Assembly: GCA_002269645.1 (NCBI GenBank)
Contig: NIVC01003767.1
Span: 13,732-77,731 of the forward strand
DNA: 64,000 nucleotides
Reading direction: 5' to 3'
Origin: Macrostomum lignano
Taxonomy: Eukaryota
The notes under the pieces are model-generated. The model was not told the origin of the DNA, searched no databases, and saw only the letters and a program-made list of their open reading frames with translations. The position numbers and the translations under genes were made by a program. Positions 1 through 9,885 of the stretch are shown one piece after another. Numbering within the stretch: the stretch's first letter is position 1; each line of letters opens with the position of its first letter.

Positions 1-799
1 GAGTGCTTAGAACCAAATCTTCAGGGATTGAGCATTCGTTCTCTCCGACTTGTGTACGAGTGGCAAAAGGGAAAGACTGCCGCTGAAATCATCGCGAAAG
101 TTACCGAGGAGATGTTAAAGAGGTGAGAATTGCCAGGAGTAGGGCCATGTTGGAGCAGCAGCGAGCAGAAGCATCTCATCGGAAATACGAGGAATCAAGG
201 AAAAGGAAGGATGCAACGGTGCTGGAGCTCCAGTCGAAGCGAAAGAAGCTCCTGCTTGATGTTGCAGTTCTCACCAAAGATGCGGATAGCCTCGTGTACC
301 AATGTGAGACGGATTCAAACATGAGCCTACTCGTGAAGTCAAATGCACTGCGTCGTGCTGCACAACAGAAAAAGGAAGAAGTGGAGAAGGTGGAGAAAGA
401 AATTGTAGCACTTGAAGGTACGATTCCTCATTGAACTCAATTTTTAAGTACAGTGCTACATCTCTTAATTTTGTTTTACTGTGCGCAACATACAATAGTT
501 AAAGTTAGTACTTGCTATTTGTCATGTGATTTATTATTAAACACTAAGTTTTTTTGTGGTCAGTTTCCGGTGCATTGATTTTTCATTATAATTCAAACGA
601 ATTACCAATAAATGCGCTGTTTCAACTTCAATTCAAATTAAATAAATCTCAACATTGCTGACTTTTTAATGCGCAACAGTTTCTTGCAATAAAATTTTTG
701 TGCACAACTATCACTGAGCTTCTTCTATTACTTTTATTGTGTTAGGGAAAATTTAATTTGGTCAGGGAAGAAAAAAGTTACTGGAGCGCGGTCACCCTG
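1..799 (+). mobile_element. 3' end of a putative hAT-like DNA transposon: C-terminal transposase remnant (1-434, one frameshift near 122) and probable right terminus
   Basis: Frame 1 reads ECLEPNLQGLSIRSLRLVYEWQKGK..VTEEMLKR, then ORF 123-434 continues ..DADSLVYQCETDSNMSLLVKSNALRRAAQQKKEEV. This resembles, from memory, the C-terminal tail of an invertebrate/fish hAT-like transposase family. 741-799 has (G)TCAGGGAA-type subterminal motifs ending in GGTCACCCTG, a CAGGGTGACC-type TIR. Recognition by eye only. Confidence 0.45.
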
Positions 800-3083
800 A
801 TTACGCACTATACTAAAATAGCTAAATACTCGTGTGCCTTTAAAACCCATGATACGCGCACAAGCTACTGATCTGATTCCGTGGTCGCAAAAGTTTCAAG
901 AAAGACGAAGACTCTGTGGGCATGCTTGTGGTCGCTGAGTGGCTTATTTAGGGAATATAAGATCTATGGTGTTGGTATCAAAGGGTATGAAGAATACTTT
1001 GACGTCGAATTATATTATACCTCGTAGGAACTCCTACGTGTGTTTCAGCACAACCGAATTCTAAAGTAGCAACGCTGCGAAAAAATGTATCAACTCTCCT
1101 CCAGGCTAAGATTAGTGAGTAAAAAATGTGACAAACAACGGGATCCTTTATTTACTTAGTAACACTACGATTCGGAATCTTTGGGTTTCAGAAAGTATTA
1201 CACTATCATAAGTTTCTCCTAAAGTAATAGATCTGATAAGTTAACGTATTATAAATAGCTAATGGATAAATCTGAACGAAAGTAATATACGAGCCACTGT
1301 AGTCCAGGGCCGGTTTCTGACTGTACTTATTTGATAATTGCACTTACAAGCGATCTCCTTTAACAAAAACTGTCAATCTATTGCTATCTGACAAATTTGT
1401 TGAAAAATATTTTTAGAAGAGTCTGATAGTGAAGGCGAATGGAACTATGATAAACCGAAAGGAGAGTGGACGAATTGGTCAGATATTGTTCGGCGTGTTC
1501 AAGGAAATCAGCAAAATCAGCCTTAGTAAGAAATAACTAATGGCCCTGCTTAATAGTGTACCACATTTGCACTTCATTGTGACAGCTAACGAAAATGACT
1601 AACTATTAGCTGGCACGACTCCGGACGTCAGCGGTGAAACTGCCGCTAAACTCAGCTTGATTCCAGATACAGCTACCAGCTCCGTTTCAGCTGTTGCGGA
1701 GCGTCGCCATTCATATGTTAGCCACCTAGAGCTTTGTGGGCGGCCAGGTTCTGCACACTTGCCTGCTAGCCAAAACTTTGCCGGCGGCTTGGTTCTGCGT
1801 ATTCTGATGGAAAACCGTTTGATTCATTTTCACAGGCGACAATGGTGAGGCGAATGATGTCCCGCAAGCCGAAACAAGCGTCCATTAACAGAAATAAAGG
1901 CTGGATTGAAGTCTGATCAGGACCCTGTTTAATTAATAAATTGCACTGGACGAGCGGTTTCGGGAAAAATGAAGCATTTTAAAATGTCACATCCAGGCTC
2001 GAGAAGACAGTTAAACCGACGAGGCTATCAAAGGGTTCCTCAATCAGTGAAAAGGGAAGCTGTATGGCTTGATTAGTTAAGTGACTGACTCGTAGTCAAT
2101 ACACAGTCGTTGAGACCCGTCATTTTTCTTTACGAGAACTATAGGTGAGGACCATTCTGAGTCACTTTTCTATTACTCCCTGTTCTAGTAGCTGAGTGTT
2201 GTGCTTATCTAAGAAAACTTTTAGACTTGTTTAGAGTGTTTTTGTTTACAACGAAATTCCAACTGTCACAACCCCATAGCAACCAACTCAAAAACTAAAA
2301 GTGACAAACTTTTTTGGTCCAGTAGGGGAGTTGGAGCGAGCGGCCGGTGGGTTTAAATGTCTTTGGAATTAGCATATAGCGAGAACAAATACTACTTAAC
2401 GTGCGGACTATCACCTAGAAGTCACAAGACAAAGTATATCAGTCATCAAAGGTCAAGATCCGAAACGAATCCCTTCAACTAAAACTTGACTCAACTACAT
2501 GACTAAAAATCGGGAGAAAATATGGTAGAAGCAGTTAAAGAATTACAAAGATATGGTTGCTTTGCTTTAGAAACGGACATGAATATACTAAAGAACCAAG
2601 AAATTTTATAGTCAAGGGAAGTGTCAGCAGGCAAACCCAACTTTGCTAAATTGTCGAGGCCCATGCTTTTGTTTGCACACTTCCTCAACCTTACGCTGAC
2701 TGGAGAACCTGCCATTGAGCACTTTTTATTAGGTTCAAGTCTTTATCAGGGTATCGACTATGATGCTACCTACATTGTTTCAAGTCATCTCTGATGACGA
2801 TGCTGGTGTCACATTATTATTCGACTGCGATTTATTCAGCGCATGTGTTAAGCGAGCTGTTTCAAGTTGGGTTGCCGAAAGTGATATGTCTATCTGATAC
2901 TAGGCATCGCAGCTGCTGAAACAGAAACTGCAGTTAGCAATGAGCCATCGCAACTGGCTGTCCCTGTTCTGCTCAATCGTACAGCGGTTTTCAAGACCAT
3001 CCACAAAAAGCTAGATGCTGAAGATGACATCGGCGGAAGCAACAGCAGCTTAGAAAATTTGTCTTGGATAACCGTATGTTTCC

Positions 3084-3440
3084 TGCAGCTGGGCGAGTAT
3101 TCGGTACTCGGTTCTCGATAGTTGGGATACCGGTACTTGGTTCTCGGTACTCAGGATACTTGGTGTGTTTCGTACTCAATACTTCTTTATAATCGAGTTT
3201 TGGCGAGTATAGGAAATCAACTTTTACAGTCAAAAAGCTGCGCAGCTCAGTACACTTTTTGATTTTGCTTATTGTATTGCATTTTTGCTATACAAATTGT
3301 GTAAAGATCTGGGCGAGTACTTGGTACTCGTCCCCTTTTTAGCTGCTCGTTACTCAGTACTCGGACATCCTGGGTTAGACCTTTTGGTACTCGCTGAACC
3401 GAGTGACTGAAGTGACTGAACCAATACTTACCCAGTCCTG
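3084..3440. repeat. Degenerate MITE-like segment rich in GTACTCG/GGTACT motifs
   Basis: CTGGGCGAGTA(T/C) occurs at ~3087 and ~3309, and many GTACTC(G) motifs are clustered here. No clean TIR or TSD found. Confidence 0.3.
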
Positions 3441-4274
3441 CTGTAGACGCATATTCAGAGGTAAAAATCAACCACAGCTCAGTGGTGGCTAACAACTCAG
3501 GTTTTACGTCTAGGCGATGCACAGCTAGAGGTCGCATTTTCTGCTGTTCAAGTATTTAGGACGTCATTGTGCACTGCAATGTCATGCCCAAATGTGCCGA
3601 AGTCAGGGTCATTCTGCTTCAAGTCCAGTTAATAAAGTTTTGCACAGACATGCAACAGAACATGCTTGAGCTCACAATAGTATCACGGATACTTAAAATT
3701 ACGGACTGCGGCAAGCTTGACCAGTTTAAAAGAACCATAGACGCCAAAAACATTGCCACAATGTTGGTGTAATGTTGTCAGCAAATGTTGTCATAATGTT
3801 GTTTTTGTACAAATGTTAATTTAAGCTGCTTTGTTTCCCTTAATGTTTTTACTTTGTTGCTCAAACAAAGAGACACAGACCTAATATTAAAAGAGTAATA
3901 TTTTGTATTTATTATATGTACATTATATACATTATATCTAATAATATGTAAACTATTTGATAGATTAAGAAGCTACTTTTAATATCCACTTTATTTTTAA
4001 CATTTACTTTAGAAAGGTGCTTTGATCTGCTCAGGTCTAGAAGAGACAAAACACCAGGAAACCAGAGTAACCAGGAAAGATTTAAATATTTTTAGTATAC
4101 TTGATTGCTTTAAATTTGCTTTTTAATTTTATAAGTGGCAAATTTCAAAGATATGCCAAAATCAGTCTGTTCTAAAAGGGCATTTTCCAAAAATCCAGTA
4201 ACATTTTTATCGAATCCAGGAACATGTTTATCGAATCCAGTAACATGTAACAAGTAACATAGTAACAAGATCTG

Positions 4275-5126
4275 ATGCTTCAGAATTCTGCGCTAGATTT
4301 GCTGGCCGACGCAGCCGTCATGGTGGCAGCTGCAGACAGCACAGGTGACGCACCAGGAGTTGGCACCACAAGCGCACCACAGTGCACCACAAGTGAAGCT
4401 GTGGCTTCAACCACTCCGACATATGGGTGGCTATTCGCTTTGCCTAATTTTTTTAAAAACGTCGGTGAGTCATTTTGCTCATTTGTGCGTTTGGTACCTT
4501 GGTAAAAAGACATTTGGTAATACTCGGGCCTAGTGAGTATGGATGGTGATGTGCCGGACATCGAGGACGTCGAGGAAGATCATCGAGAAGTAGACATAGA
4601 AGTGTCATTCATTCGTAACCCCGCAGCTCTGAAGAATGACGAAAATGTCGTCACCATTGGTCGGGACATATCATGTACCGAAGTGTTGATGGAAGGAAAT
4701 GATCCCAATATCCTTCTGTACTCACGAAGGCATTTGGAGATAAAAAGGGTAAGTCTTATTTCACAGTCGGGACTCCTGAGAATCGGATGAGTCAAGATGA
4801 GTCAATCAAACCAAGTTATCCGTTGTTTTGTAGCATAACGCTGGCGGCACTCCCGTGACGGTGATAAAAGACCTGAGCAGCAATGGCACATTCGTTAATG
4901 GCCAAGCAGTTGGTGAGTTTAGATTCTTTGCCCTACACTTGTTAATTATACTTTACTTGCTTTGGTAGTAGCATGGTATACGCAGAATGTAAACGACGGT
5001 TTCTTTTCTTAATATTTTTTCTACTCAGGGCGCAATCAGATTCAACGGCTAAGAAGCGCCGACATCATTTCGCTGGCACTCGCGGCCAACACGGCGTGGA
5101 TATACGTTGAAACAAGCCGATTTTAA
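4275..5126 (+). CDS. Stand-alone Chk2-like FHA-domain protein, 4 exons (4275-4464, 4627-4748, 4834-4912, 5029-5126), 162 aa
   Basis: Canonical GT..AG introns with consistent phases (1,0,1) give 489 nt ending in TAA. The spliced protein ..YGWLFALPNFFKNVALKNDENVVTIGRDISC..YSRRHLEIKRHNAGGTPVTVIKDLSSNGTFVNGQAVGRNQIQRLRSADIISLALAANTAWIYVE has the FHA motifs GR, SxxH and NGT and is collinear with the Chk2 FHA. The start codon and the exon-2 acceptor are inferred. Confidence 0.8.
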
Positions 5127-5469
5127 AAGCTGCATTTTATGCATTGTATGCATTTACATAAGCATATAAACACTTTCTCAAAAATAAGTTCAGATAGTGT
5201 AATTGCATCCATCGTCAATATCCGTACATCCGGCCTTCGCCCCTCCTTAGCTCTAATTTTGCACTAACTGTTTAAATATAACTACCTGATCACTATGATT
5301 TACCATCGCCCATTGTCCGAAAGTGAATGAATAAACATATGCCTGTAGCATCAAAATGTCCGCTGTACACCAACAGCAGGTAATATAGGAGGGAAAAGGT
5401 TATTCTGTTGGCAGTCTTGCATTATTTTAATGACGTCGCAGTTACGCTACTACTACTAATAAGCAGCCT

Positions 5470-6290
5470 GAGCAACCTAGAAGCTGGATACTAAGTATTT
5501 TAGTAAGGGTTAGGGACCCCTGAGCAACTTTAATATCAGGCTACAGCCTTCTGAAAATGTGCATGGCCGCTCTCTATACTCTGTGAAAGATTTCCAAAGG
5601 ACTTTGGTTGTACCAAGTTGAAAAAGAACGAATTCCATCACATATACTTGCCGACTAGTGTTTCAGTAACAAATTCAGTAACTAATGTGTAGCAGCAGTT
5701 ACGTAGTTAAATCAAATCAAGCGCAGCATACTCTTCTGACGCTATCCATTACATCTGTCCATAGGAGCAACCTAGAAGCTGGATAGTAAGTATTTTAGTA
5801 ACTTTTTAGGGGCCCCTGAGCAACTTTAATATCAGACTACAGCCTTCTGAAAATGTGCATGGCCGCTCTCTATACTCAGTGAAAGATTTCCAAAGGACTT
5901 TGGTTGTACCAAGTTGAAAAGAACGAATTCCATCACATATACTTGCCGACTAGTGTTTCAGTAACTAATTTAGTAACTAATGTGTAGCAGCAGTTACGTA
6001 GTTAAATCAAATCAAGCGCAGCATACTCTTCTGACGCTATCCATTACATCTGTCCATAGGAGCAACTTACAAGCTGGATAGTAAGTATTTTAGTAACTTT
6101 TTAGGGGCCCCTGAGAACTTTATATCAGGCTACAGGTTGATTGAGTTCGTACCAAGTTGATTAAGAACGAATCCCATCACATATACTTGCCGACTAGTGT
6201 TTCAGAAGCTAGTAACTAGTTTCAGTAAATAATGTGTAGCAGCAGTTACGTAGTTAATTTAAATCAAGCGCAGCATACTCTTCTGACGTA
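5470..6290. repeat. Tandem repeat of a 295-bp unit (about 3 copies, with a partial fourth at ~6560-6630)
   Basis: GAGCAAC(C/T)TA(G/C)AAGCTGGATA starts at 5470, 5765 and 6060 (295-bp spacing), and a variant starts at 6576. Confidence 0.9.
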
Positions 6291-7688
6291 AAGGCCATCT
6301 GTAGACACTTTCTTCCATCGAAAATCACTTGCTGTAAGAAGTTTACTAACTTCTGAGGAGCTTTTGCCGACGAGAATGAATTCTGACTTAATGCGTATCT
6401 AAACCACTATAAGAAGATGCATCGGCGCATGCAAATGTCCTTTCCATTTTGTCGGAAATCTTTAAAAAATGTTATTTTATTTACTCTTGCTTTTTTCACT
6501 GTACAACATTGAAATAAAAGCCTTGGAGTGTATGGCAGTCAATTTTGCAGGTCCCAGTTTTACATCTGTCCATAAGAGCAACCTAGCAGCTGGATAGTAT
6601 GTATTTTAGTAACTTTTTAGGGGCCCCTGACTAGATGCCCATAAACTTTTCGTAAGGGTTCGGGTAATTTCTAAGGGTAAAAAGTAAGCTTCAGTTTGTC
6701 AAGGAGGTTTGTACACTTTTGCTAGGAGAGGTATACAGTTCTTTAGGAGACCTATACATTGTTTAGGATATTCGTACAGCAGTCAAGGATGTTTATACAC
6801 TAAGGTGTATTACCTCTAAAAAGTGTATATGTCTCCTAGGGTTAGGATGCTTATACACTTTTAATAAGGAGGTTGATACATTTCTTAGGATGACCAGAGT
6901 GTATGGCAGTCAATTTTTCAGGTCTCAGTTGCGAGGCAAGGCTGTGTTGCGTATGTTTGAAATCAGTCATTTTCATTTCGTAAGCGCGTTTTATAAGCGG
7001 TTGACGATATTACGAAATCCTGAATTCAATACTTATTTGAAAATCTTTCAATTCTGGCCGAAAAACCCTAGCCTTTGATGCTGCATGCCTTGAGTTTGAA
7101 GAAAGAAAACTTCGGCGCTAAATGAAATGGCGATGCTCTTTGTTTTGCTCTTAATAGGTTCTGCGAACTTGTATGCTAGTCACTTAAACTCATAAATTAA
7201 TTTGATGTTATTAAGAACCGAAAAGTATGAGTCTGACATAAGAACTATTATTAATAAATGGATTGCAGGCTACTTGCGATCGACCAACATGGTAGAAATG
7301 ACAAAAGAAAATAAGTTGCACCGTTGCGCAATGTGAAACTATACTGTTTTGAATTGTAGAGCTCTGCTATTGCGCAATGTGCCTTCGACATGCGAGTGTA
7401 ATGTCAATATCATAATCAATACAAAAGCTATGACAATGGTAACCGGGCTAGCGTTAGGGTTACGGTTAGGTCTGCAAAATCAGTCAAGCGTGCAATAAAT
7501 ACTCCACTATTCGCTCCCTGCAACTCCTCCCGATTGGCTCCTAAATTCTACAGCTACACCTTCCCAACTTCCCTTATCCAATGGGAGCTGGCCAGACTTG
7601 GCCGGAAACCTGATTAAGTAATAAAAGAGCTTGCGACCCAATAAAAGAGAGTGCGACCCAAGGTCGAAATTTCTCATTCTTTTACAGA

Positions 7689-8093
7689 ATGAGTCGTAGC
7701 CATCATTCAAGAGAGCAGAAGGAATGTGTCATTTGTGGCCTGAAATCAAGGCTAGACAACTTAAAAAACAGGCATTGGCCTAAAATGCATCGCGACTTAA
7801 TGCACCGAGTGCATGACTTGCACTGGTTCGCCACTTTTGAGGAGAAGGTGCGACACGGCGGCGTCATGTGTTTCGACAAGTCATGCTCTAAAGCATTTGC
7901 GTGCGCCCGCGACCATTACCGCAGTTATCATCCATCTTTTATGGAATCCGAAATGTTTAAAGGGAAGCAACATGCTGCCCTCTTGCGAGATTTTGCTGTG
8001 GAATTCGTCGCGCTGGCAAGAGAGGCCATTCAGCATGATCGGCCACTGCCTCCACATCCGTCAGAGTGGCGCAAGTTCAGCGAAGCAGTTAAA
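7689..8093 (+). CDS. Probable exon encoding two C2H2/BED-like zinc-finger motifs; the rest of the gene is unresolved or disrupted
   Basis: Pyrimidine tract plus CAG acceptor just before the ATG. Open frame with CVICG..RHWPKMH and CFDKSC..RDHYRSYH. Strong AAA|GTAAGT donor at 8094. Confidence 0.55.
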
Positions 8094-8340
8094 GTAAGTT
8101 ACCTCATTAGCAGTTTGTGTTTATTTAGGAGTATCCCTTACCGTACTTGTATGCTGTAATATGCCTTAATTCTTGAAGCAAGAGAGTGTCAACAGTGGTG
8201 TCTATTGGCGTATGCGTAAAAAAATTATGATCCGCTTTCTATAAAATTGTTTCTGACGTACAGTTGGCGATTGTATGTGATGGGATTCTTGCATATAGTC
8301 AACAGGTTAAGCCCAAGTCCTTAAGTCTTTCACGCATAGC

Positions 8341-8420
8341 ATGGAGAGTGACCATCTGCTGTGGCAGCAGCCGCAACAGCAGCAGCAGCAGCAGCCGCAA
8401 CAGCAGCAGCAGCAGCAGCC

Positions 8421-8456
<36 letters not shown>

Positions 8457-9210
8457 GCAGCAGCAGCAGCAGCAGCAGCATTGCTACAATGAAGACCTGC
8501 AGCAGCACCTGCAGGCCCAGGTGCTGTGGCAGCAGCCGCAACAGCAGCAGCTGCAGATTTGTGAGTGGAGACAGATTTGTGAGTGGAGGCATGAGAGAAT
8601 GAGGAGGGTGTATGCAAGCACGAAAGGCAGGAAGAGAGACCCGGGGTTCAACTGCAGAGAGGAGGTGAGCTACAGAAGAATGCGCACGGGACACTCGATT
8701 GAGCTGGCTGCCTACAGGAGAAGAATTGGGCTGCAAGAGGAAGGACGGTGCAGGGGTTGCGGCATGGAAGATGAGACGATGGAGCACATCTGGGACTGCC
8801 CGGCGACGGATGGCAGAAGGAGGATGTGGTGCTGTGAAGGCATGCAGGCGGTTTGCGAGCAACCGAAGGAAGCCCGGAGTTACTGGGAGTGGTGGAGAAG
8901 CCTCCCGCAGTGGGGAGCCAGTGTTGAGGACGAAACTGACAGGACGGAGTAGCAGAGTAGTTGGCATCAACAACAACAACAGCAGCAGCAGCATCAGCAG
9001 CCGCAACCGCAGCAGCAGCAGCAGCATTACTACAAGACCTGCAGCAGCACCTGCAGGCCCAGCTGCTGTGGCAGCAGCTGCAACAGCAGCAGCAGCAGCA
9101 TTACTACAAGGAAAACCTGCAGCAACACCTGCAGGCCCAGCTGCTGTGGCAACAGCTGCAACAGCAGCAGCAGCAGCAGCCGCAACATGGAGAGCTGCAA
9201 CAGCAGTACA
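8341..9210 (+). repeat. CAG/CAA polyglutamine-type tract with a repeated ~25-codon unit (H-Y/C-Y..LQQHLQAQ-L/V-LWQQ-P/L-QQQQ); LINE target site
   Basis: The unit recurs at ~8479, ~9025 and ~9099. Interrupting codons give H, Y, L and W in the Gln frame. The tract resumes at 14641-14780 after the LINE stack. Confidence 0.8.
8554..8980 (+). mobile_element. Heavily 5'-truncated Ingi/I-group LINE, family A (C-terminal zinc-knuckle region, short 3' UTR, (CAA)n tail)
   Basis: RRMRTGHSIELAAYRRRIG..CRGCGMEDETMEHIWDCPA is homologous to the C-terminus of the 12811-14640 ORF. Stop at 8952, then a CAACAACAACAAC tail. An 18-bp duplication (CAGATTTGTGAGTGGAG-) marks the 5' junction. Confidence 0.8.
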
Positions 9211-9885
9211 AGAGACTGAGAGAGGTAGGACCTGAGGCGGAGGATGGTAAAACGATCACGATGGAGGAGCTGCTGCGCGCGAGGGAGGAGATCGACGGGT
9301 CCAAGGCGGCAGGGCCAGACCGTGTGCACCCCAAACTGCTGAAGGCTCTCCCTGGCGAGGCCGTGCGTGCGGTGCTGGGGCTTTTCAACAGGTCGCTGAA
9401 GAAGGTGAGACGCCACAAGTCTGGAGAACGGCGCGCATCATCCCGCTGCTAAAGGCGCAGAAGGACCCTAGACATCTAGGATCCTACAGACCGGTCAGCC
9501 TGACGGCTGGGTTGTGCAAGTGGATGGAGCGGGTCATCGCCAGCCGCATCCGATTCAAGCTGGAGCGCGATGGCTTCTTCTGCGATGCACAGGCTGGCTT
9601 CCGGGCTGGCAGGAGCTGTGAGGATCAGCTGCTCAGGCTGACGCAGGAAGTTGACGATGCCTTCCAGAGGAAAGACCAGTGTCTGCTGGCGCTTTTTGAC
9701 TTCCAGCGCGCCTTCGACAAGGTCTGGCGTGTGGGCTCATGATGAAGCTGCTGGAAGCCGGCGTGTGTGGCACTATTATCCGCTGGATCCGTAGTTGGCT
9801 GTGCAACCGGCTGGCTAAGGTCTGCGTTGGGGGTGTGGACGGTAGAAGCGAGGTGTTCAGGCAAGGGCTCCCCCAAGGCTCGGTC
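9210..9885 (+). mobile_element. Ingi/I-group LINE family B, 5'-truncated, N-terminal half of RT (frameshifted)
   Basis: KAAGPDRVHPKLLK, YRPVSLT, QAGFRAGRSCEDQL, DFQRAFDKV, GLPQGSV. A 1-bp deletion near 9735 is in both arms; one near 9405 is in the left arm only. The 5' boundary is approximate. Confidence 0.88.

Noticed and set aside
800-3080. Short ORFs at 1657, 2503 and 2991
   Set aside because: No recognisable domain, splice support or coding bias; treated as intergenic.
4275-5126. Assigning the symbol CHEK2
   Set aside because: No kinase domain or SQ/TQ cluster; only the FHA is homologous.
8264-9416. Poly-Ser, poly-Ala and poly-Leu ORFs on both strands (also 14531-14809 and mirrors)
   Set aside because: Alternative frames of the CAG/CTG repeat, which is stop-free in all frames.
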